From the IMG/VR virus record IMGVR_UViG_3300026484_000087, positions 142,245 to 206,244 of that record: a stretch of 64,000 nucleotides of DNA; one strand, given 5' to 3'. The first letter of the stretch is position 1. Every line of letters begins with the position of its first letter. Positions 58,418 through 64,000 of this stretch are shown here, piece after piece. A program made the translations under genes and the position numbers. The notes beneath the pieces were generated by a model, which was not told where the DNA came from, ran no database searches, and saw nothing but the letters and a program-made list of their open reading frames with translations.

Positions 58418-59030
58418 CTTTCTTAATTACCTTTACTATTTTATCATAAATAACTTTATATCTAGTATCTGCTTTAGACATATAGAAATCATCAAATTTT
58501 AATTTAGTATTATCCTCAAATTTAGTTATATATTGACTCATAAGTGGATCACGTTTATTAAGACTATGTGCTGTACAAAATACTATTTGACACTCAGGAA
58601 ACTTTTCTAATATCTCTATAGCGATATCAACTCCATCGTATTCAATTATCTTACCATTAGAGAGTTTTATTGACATTTCTAGAGTCATGTCTAATATAGC
58701 TATACTAAGATCATCTATCTCTTCTAGTAATTTATGCGTAGTGAATCCTGCATAAACTCCTATTGCCTCATACACTTTAAATTCTTTAAGTATATCAAAC
58801 TCATACTGTCTCTTTACTCTGTTAAAGTCTAATTCATATAATGTAAATTGCTCTACGAAGTCATCCATAAGTAATATACTTTTACTAGCCTCTTCATTAC
58901 CCTTAATCAATATAGGATCCATAAGATTATATTGTATGCTTTCTGGGAGATTACTATTTTCTTCTTTTAAATCTGTATCAACTTTAGGTTTCTTATTTAA
59001 ACCAAATATATCTTTCAATTTATTAAACAT
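58407..59030 (-). CDS. Single-domain response regulator (receiver only)
   Basis: Acid pocket LLMDD, phosphoacceptor AILDM, switch FCTA and conserved Lys YMSK. There is no output domain. Confidence 0.8.
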   Translation of the reverse strand: MFNKLKDIFGLNKKPKVDTDLKEENSNLPESIQYNLMDPILIKGNEEASKSILLMDDFVEQFTLYELDFNRVKRQYEFDILKEFKVYEAIGVYAGFTTHKLLEEIDDLSIAILDMTLEMSIKLSNGKIIEYDGVDIAIEILEKFPECQIVFCTAHSLNKRDPLMSQYITKFEDNTKLKFDDFYMSKADTRYKVIYDKIVKVIKKDGK

Positions 59031-59045
59031 CTTTTAGTCCTTTTT

Positions 59046-59504
59046 CTAAATTTTTAATATTGTAGTCAGTATGTATTTCTTCATACTTGAGAATGTATCG
59101 GATATGAGACCAATAACGTATTTGGTAGCTTCTGGATCATATAGATATCCTAACCAAATAAGGAAGAATACCAACATCCCACCGCCTATTATATATGGTA
59201 AATTATGAGTTGTAAATAATTTTGCTTTACTTTTCTTAACATCACCATTAACTTGCTCTGTCATTTCTAATAGCTTTTCCATAATGTTAGTAACATCAGT
59301 TAATAAAATCTCGTTTTCATTTTTCATTAGACTTACGCTATGTTTATTATATGTATGTATTAGAACTATAACTTCATGGAGATCGTCAGGAACATCTTTA
59401 AGTTTTAAAAGTATATTTAAGTCATCTGCTTCTATTCTATTGTTTCTTAAGTCGTCTTTTATTCTGGCTATAGCATCTTTAACAGTAATTATTTTCTTTT
59501 CCAT
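59046..59504 (-). CDS. Membrane protein with C-terminal TM helix
   Basis: 152 aa with hydrophobic IIGGGMLVFFLIWLGYLY. AAAGGAGG RBS; first gene of the cassette. Confidence 0.7.
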   Translation of the reverse strand: MEKKIITVKDAIARIKDDLRNNRIEADDLNILLKLKDVPDDLHEVIVLIHTYNKHSVSLMKNENEILLTDVTNIMEKLLEMTEQVNGDVKKSKAKLFTTHNLPYIIGGGMLVFFLIWLGYLYDPEATKYVIGLISDTFSSMKKYILTTILKI

Positions 59505-59554
59505 AATAACCTCCTTTATAAATTTTATTTTTAAATATCAACTAAATAGTCGTA

Positions 59555-59584
59555 TAAGTAGACTACAATTAAGTAGTCTACTTA
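59555..59584. terminator. Terminator-like hairpin opening the signalling cassette
   Basis: TAAGTAGACTAC-AATTAA-GTAGTCTACTTA. Confidence 0.7.
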
Positions 59585-59922
59585 ACGCCGTATCTAATAA
59601 AATGATAGCTTCTAACACTGCTAACCATAATAAATCTAGTCACTGGTCCTATTTCCAAGGACTCTAGACATTCTTCAAATATGTCATCAGCAAGTTTATA
59701 CATTTCTTTATCAGTTAGGTAATCATGTAAGATTACCGCTGGCAAATAATCAGATCTATTTGGAGGTAAAAAAATCCAAAATAATCTTGGAACATCAGCC
59801 CCATTTGTTTCGTATCCAGCTGGTACAGTTATCCCATTATAGGTAAAATCTTCTAATAAGACATATCTATCTTTATGCAATGGACTTGTTTTAACAGCTG
59901 AATATATTTCACTTCTTGTCAT
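59578..59922 (-). CDS. DUF1353-family protein
   Basis: ITVPAGYETNGADVPRLFW and AVILHDYL motifs. Confidence 0.8.
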   Translation of the reverse strand: MTRSEIYSAVKTSPLHKDRYVLLEDFTYNGITVPAGYETNGADVPRLFWIFLPPNRSDYLPAVILHDYLTDKEMYKLADDIFEECLESLEIGPVTRFIMVSSVRSYHFIRYGVK

Positions 59923-60580
59923 TATAATCCTTTATAATTTTTTTACAGCTTATAATATGCCTAAATGGATGATCTCCTCTGTTATAAAGTGTTCTATCAT
60001 TAACATATTTAAAGCACATCTTATCCTTACCATTTATAATAAAGATCTTATAAAATACTATAGGTAACCTCATATCAGAAGTTGAAAAATTCTTTTCACC
60101 ATATTTTATCAAATCCAATACCTGAATGGAACCGTATATATTAGAAATATTTCTACTATATGTTTCTACTCTCTTCCAATAATACCTATTTACAGAAGAA
60201 TCCTGAGGAACGCCATTTACGCCTAAAACATAAGTCATTTTTAGAACATCTTTATCATAGTCAAATGTAGCATCATTAGCTAAATGACCTATATCCATGC
60301 GTTGTTTATTTTTATAATAAGCTTTCTTATATGGCCAATATTCCTTTGGTATACCTTTTGGATACCTCCAACTAAAACGTTTTTTGATATTTCTTTTATT
60401 GTTATTGTTTGATTCTACAGAATACAAAACTGCTTTAGTACCCTTATATTTATAATCGTAACAAGATTTATAAATCTTGTTACTGTATATGAAATCACAT
60501 TTATTTTTATTTAAAAAATAATCTGATAGTCCTGATGAGAATAAATTTATTGTTAATAATAGGACTATTAATATTTTCAT
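59909..60580 (-). CDS. Secreted DNA/RNA non-specific endonuclease (NucA-like)
   Basis: Signal peptide MKILIVLLLTINLFS, DIGHLA (DRGH-type), N..PQ...VN..YW and P..FYKI. Confidence 0.8.
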   Translation of the reverse strand: MKILIVLLLTINLFSSGLSDYFLNKNKCDFIYSNKIYKSCYDYKYKGTKAVLYSVESNNNNKRNIKKRFSWRYPKGIPKEYWPYKKAYYKNKQRMDIGHLANDATFDYDKDVLKMTYVLGVNGVPQDSSVNRYYWKRVETYSRNISNIYGSIQVLDLIKYGEKNFSTSDMRLPIVFYKIFIINGKDKMCFKYVNDRTLYNRGDHPFRHIISCKKIIKDYNDKK

Positions 60581-61089
60581 GTCACTTTCACTTTACTGTA
60601 GATGTTATTTATCTGTTTGATTGTCATTCTTTTATAATTGTGTTTCTTATCTTTTAATTTAAGAACACGTTTATTATTACCATCTTGTGCAGCAACATGG
60701 ATCCAACCATGTGGGAAATACTCAGCTATAAGTTCTTTGTACTCTAAATTTTTATTTATATACTTAAGTATTTTCATATACTTAATCTTCTTATTATATG
60801 GTTTAAAATCAACAGCAAAACCATAAGCATGATTAGAATGTTTAGAACTACCTATGGCTAAACATAAGGCAACAGATCTATAGCCAGACGTTATTTTAAT
60901 AGGACCAAACTTATCTCTAAGAGGTTGTAACACCGTATCTACTAAAAACTGTATTCTTTTTAAATACTTAGCTGGCATATCGTTGTTTATACCTTTTCTA
61001 AGTGCAGTATCTGAAATCAAGAATTCATCCAATGTGAAATTCTTAGATAATCTTATTTTTTTAGCTTGTTTTAATGTAATTACTTTCAC
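60577..61089 (-). CDS. Peptidase M15A (D-Ala-D-Ala) putative endolysin
   Basis: SKNFTLDEF, ITSGYRS, S.H..G.AVD and WIHV zinc-ligand motifs. Confidence 0.85.
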   Translation of the reverse strand: MKVITLKQAKKIRLSKNFTLDEFLISDTALRKGINNDMPAKYLKRIQFLVDTVLQPLRDKFGPIKITSGYRSVALCLAIGSSKHSNHAYGFAVDFKPYNKKIKYMKILKYINKNLEYKELIAEYFPHGWIHVAAQDGNNKRVLKLKDKKHNYKRMTIKQINNIYSKVKVT

Positions 61090-61091
61090 AA

Positions 61092-61370
61092 TTATCCCTT
61101 TAATCGAATATAACTATCGTGTAGTTCTGATAACAATCTTTCTTTAGTTGGATCAGCTATTCCATCTAATCTATTTATCTTTTTAATAAAAGTAGTATAA
61201 AGATCTTCTCTTATGTTGTCCAACGTACCTTTACTTATTTCTAACATATTACCATACGTTATAACCTCTTCAAATACAGATATGATGTTATTCTTATCCA
61301 CATTTTTTATAGCTTTCTTGTAGAAAGTTTTAATTTTAAAACTACTACCTATATCCTGAAAAAAACCCAT
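61092..61370 (-). CDS. Hypothetical protein
   Basis: ATG 61370 after AAGGAG (the track start is 61400). Confidence 0.6.
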   Translation of the reverse strand: MGFFQDIGSSFKIKTFYKKAIKNVDKNNIISVFEEVITYGNMLEISKGTLDNIREDLYTTFIKKINRLDGIADPTKERLLSELHDSYIRLKG

Positions 61371-61476
61371 ATTGATCTCCTTTTTTTTTTTTGCTAACAT
61401 AAAAAACTGTAAGCAATAATATACATTATTAAGTTAAATATTAACTCAATACCAACAATGAATAAAACAAACATTA

Positions 61477-62037
61477 TTATTCATCAAATAAGGCTTTAAC
61501 ATCATCAGGTTGCGATGTACCTCCAAGCAATACAGCTCTTTCAAATATAACATTAACCCTATCGTAATCCTTAGATAGTATAATTGACTTGGTCTTTACT
61601 CTAAAAGCCTCTATCATACTATTAAATCTCATTAAATTATATTTATAAGCATCTCCCAACTCTATGATCTTTGTTGTCAGATCATCTATAGATATTCCAA
61701 TTAAATCTGATTCTAATTTAAAGAAATCCTCATAACTACCATCTTCTTTATATTTTTTAGCTGTAAGATACTTACTTTCATATCTCTCCATTTGTTCTAT
61801 AGATATCTCTTTACCTGCTATAAAGTGTTTAGCACCTTGTGATGTTTTATCACATATATCATTTAATAAGTATAAATAATATTCCATCATATCTTCTTCT
61901 TTAACAAGGGAGATGGCGTTATTTATTTCATCTGTAGACGGTATATTATCATTATCCAACCATTCAATCTTGTCGTCAATTATATTGTATCTTATTTCAG
62001 GAGCTATTTTTTGTATAGCTTTATCTATTACGGTCAT
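61477..62037 (-). CDS. Putative tail-fibre assembly/chaperone protein
   Basis: IEWLD..IPS.DEI N-terminus, YESKY..A helical domain and tail-fibre gene context. Confidence 0.5.
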   Translation of the reverse strand: MTVIDKAIQKIAPEIRYNIIDDKIEWLDNDNIPSTDEINNAISLVKEEDMMEYYLYLLNDICDKTSQGAKHFIAGKEISIEQMERYESKYLTAKKYKEDGSYEDFFKLESDLIGISIDDLTTKIIELGDAYKYNLMRFNSMIEAFRVKTKSIILSKDYDRVNVIFERAVLLGGTSQPDDVKALFDE

Positions 62038-62641
62038 ATGTTTCTCCTATTTCTTTTACTAGTATCTTTGTAGTATAGTCAAGATTCTCATATTTACTAT
62101 TAGTATTTATAAATATGCCACCTTTATTAGAACCCACCTTTAAAATAAAATGTTTTACTGTCTTATCAGTATTGTTAAATATTATCTTGAATGTATCAAA
62201 TTTAACGTCATTATCAGTTACTTCTATATAAACATTTTCTATAAGCTTATTAGTAGTAGCTTCCCATAAACTAAACGTATTAAATATATTTGTCTTATGA
62301 AATCCAAAACGTCCATGTTTACCTTTTCTACTATGATATACCTGTATATTAAACTCTATAATAGATGTTTTGTGTTCTGGTTCTATAATAAAATCAAATA
62401 AACTATATCCATCTTCTATAGTGTTGTCCGTAGATGGTATAATATTATTTAGATTATATCTTGATTTATTTTCAATTCTAACCAAACTAATAAGATCTTT
62501 TATTTGTTTAAGATTAACCGCTTCATTATCGTCATCAGCCTCTTTTACTTTAAACTGTACGCCAGCATTGCCTTCTAATGTAGTTAATTTAAGTCTAATT
62601 ATATCGGCTTCTGTTAAATTTAAACGTTGCTTAACTATCAT
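62021..62641 (-). CDS. Putative tail-fibre-related protein
   Basis: DNEAVNLKQ trimeric-fibre neck-like motif followed by a beta-sandwich-like C-terminus. Confidence 0.45.
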   Translation of the reverse strand: MIVKQRLNLTEADIIRLKLTTLEGNAGVQFKVKEADDDNEAVNLKQIKDLISLVRIENKSRYNLNNIIPSTDNTIEDGYSLFDFIIEPEHKTSIIEFNIQVYHSRKGKHGRFGFHKTNIFNTFSLWEATTNKLIENVYIEVTDNDVKFDTFKIIFNNTDKTVKHFILKVGSNKGGIFINTNSKYENLDYTTKILVKEIGETYDRNR

Positions 62642-62656
62642 TTTTAACTCCTTTAA

Positions 62657-62983
62657 CTAATTATTATAATTTATTGCTCTTATTAATATCATGCTAACAA
62701 CTATAAGAGTAGGTATAGTTATTGTAGCGATAAAATCATAAACATCAGATGTATGATTATCTTTATTAACACGGTCATATAACTCTTTAAAGAATGCAAC
62801 CAGAACTACAATTAAATAAGGTGCTAGTATAGTAACCAAATAATGTTCTGAAACTATAAATGTACCAATTAAACTAAAGTAATATACGAAGAAACCGTAT
62901 ACCATATGTAAAAGTTTATCCTTAGCAAATAACGTGTTTAAACTATATAGAAGTGCTTCTATATTTTCTTTTAAATAAAGCAT
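62657..62983 (-). CDS. Membrane protein (DKLLH motif)
   Basis: About 3 TM helices with DKLLH...G..KELYD. ATG 62983 follows AAGGA; the longer start would cross a hairpin. Confidence 0.6.
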   Translation of the reverse strand: MLYLKENIEALLYSLNTLFAKDKLLHMVYGFFVYYFSLIGTFIVSEHYLVTILAPYLIVVLVAFFKELYDRVNKDNHTSDVYDFIATITIPTLIVVSMILIRAINYNN

Positions 62984-63026
62984 ATCCTTATCCTTGTGTT
63001 TTATTTTATAATCAAATAAAATAGTT

Positions 63027-63058
63027 ACTATAACAGAACAATTAAGTTCTGTTATAGT
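63027..63058. terminator. Terminator-like hairpin
   Basis: ACTATAACAGAAC-AATTAA-GTTCTGTTATAGT. Confidence 0.7.
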
Positions 63059-63065
63059 TTTACTA

Positions 63066-63971
63066 TTAATTTGTTTCTTCTTTAACTTTATCAACTATAT
63101 CAGCAATAGCAACTTCTCTATCGTATAGTTTATCAACTAAAGCAGTACCTTCTGCAGCGATTTGTCTATCTGCACGAGTATTAATCTGGTTAAACTTAAA
63201 TACAGCGTAATCAATTAAACCCTTTTTATCAGCAGAAATATTATCTTTTGCATCATCAGGAGTAAGTTCCCATAATGTAGCAATAACAGAGAATGCTAGT
63301 GAAACCATTTTAGCAACATCAGCAATAGAATCTTCAGAGTTACGAACAGTAAGGTCTCTCTCGTGAGCTATAAGTTTTTTAACATCTTCTTTTTCTATCT
63401 TAGCATTAGCAGCAGGGTTGGGTCTAACTGCATCTGTTTCTTCACCACGATATGCTTTTAACCACTTATTAGCTTCTTCTAACTTAAGCATCTCTGCTCT
63501 AGTTTTAGAAATAAGACCTTCAACTACATGTACTAATTTAGAAGATCTAGGTCCATCATTAGTTGTATAAGAATAACCATTAAGCTCTTTAAGTCTTTTC
63601 TCATTAGCTTCTAACTCATCTTCAGTTAGTGGGATATCTTTACCGTCATTATCTTGTTTAAGAACAATATGTTCTAACTGATATTTTTCTTCTTCTAAAG
63701 CAAGTACTTTAGTGGCAACTTTAAACCATCTCTCTTCTATAGCAATTATAGGGGCTTCAGCTTCGCCTTGTATAGCTTTAGTTAAACCCTTTTGGATGGT
63801 ACTAGTTGGTCTATTAACGGCTAAACCATTATCAAGAATATCTCTTTTTGGATAACTTTCAATAACAGTTTTATTAATTACAACTCTTGTTCTTACAACA
63901 ACATCTTCATTTTTACCAGCATTAAATTCTTTAATTTCAATAATCTCTGGCGTATATGCATACTTAATCAT
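63066..63971 (-). CDS. Hypothetical (likely tail-fibre-associated) protein
   Basis: 301 aa, coiled-coil-rich, AAAGGA RBS and high-expression-like codon usage. Confidence 0.65.
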   Translation of the reverse strand: MIKYAYTPEIIEIKEFNAGKNEDVVVRTRVVINKTVIESYPKRDILDNGLAVNRPTSTIQKGLTKAIQGEAEAPIIAIEERWFKVATKVLALEEEKYQLEHIVLKQDNDGKDIPLTEDELEANEKRLKELNGYSYTTNDGPRSSKLVHVVEGLISKTRAEMLKLEEANKWLKAYRGEETDAVRPNPAANAKIEKEDVKKLIAHERDLTVRNSEDSIADVAKMVSLAFSVIATLWELTPDDAKDNISADKKGLIDYAVFKFNQINTRADRQIAAEGTALVDKLYDREVAIADIVDKVKEETN

Positions 63972-64000
63972 ATTTTTTTCCTTTTAGGTTTTAATTATAT

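Noticed and set aside
61381-61392. 12-nt homopolymer as a phase-variation switch
   Set aside because: It lies upstream of the RBS of the likely ATG (61370), so slippage would not shift the frame. Poly-A/T runs are common in this AT-rich genome.
7628-63058. CRISPR array or transposon ends among the palindromes
   Set aside because: The arms differ between sites, with no regular repeat-spacer period and no cas or transposase gene.
1-64000. Alternative genetic code (stop-codon reassignment)
   Set aside because: Core genes are full length under code 11 and end in TAA, TAG or TGA, with high coding density.

Overview
A 64-kb, very AT-rich (roughly 27% GC by eye) segment of a phiKZ-like jumbo myophage genome using the standard genetic code. 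Core genes I recognise from family motifs: a giant tail/tape-measure-like protein truncated at the left edge, with an internal HExxH zincin and a C-terminal T4-type lysozyme; RuvC; an i-/o-spanin pair; two baseplate-spike paralogs; a gp68-like nvRNAP specificity subunit; SbcC; RNase H; UvsX; vRNAP (gp149-like) and nvRNAP (gp123-like) beta fragments; portal; major capsid protein; and DnaB. Accessory blocks lie at 21.5-33 kb (small minus-strand genes) and 55-64 kb (lysis, tail-fibre and signalling genes). Spanins, a beta-barrel porin and lipoprotein signals point to a Gram-negative host; Campylobacterota is a guess. The most striking element is a hairpin-bracketed, tightly packed five-gene cassette (59.5 to 55.6 kb, minus strand): membrane protein, single-domain response regulator, membrane histidine kinase, secreted 4-Cys protein and outer-membrane porin, lying beside the lysis genes. 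Other unexplained structure: an HNH nuclease fused in frame to a head-like protein, two promoter-like motif classes, a conserved 5'-leader hairpin, a candidate sRNA, an RBS-sequestered 29-aa toxin-like peptide and about 17 long intergenic palindromes. All family assignments come from motif recognition; no database searches were run.
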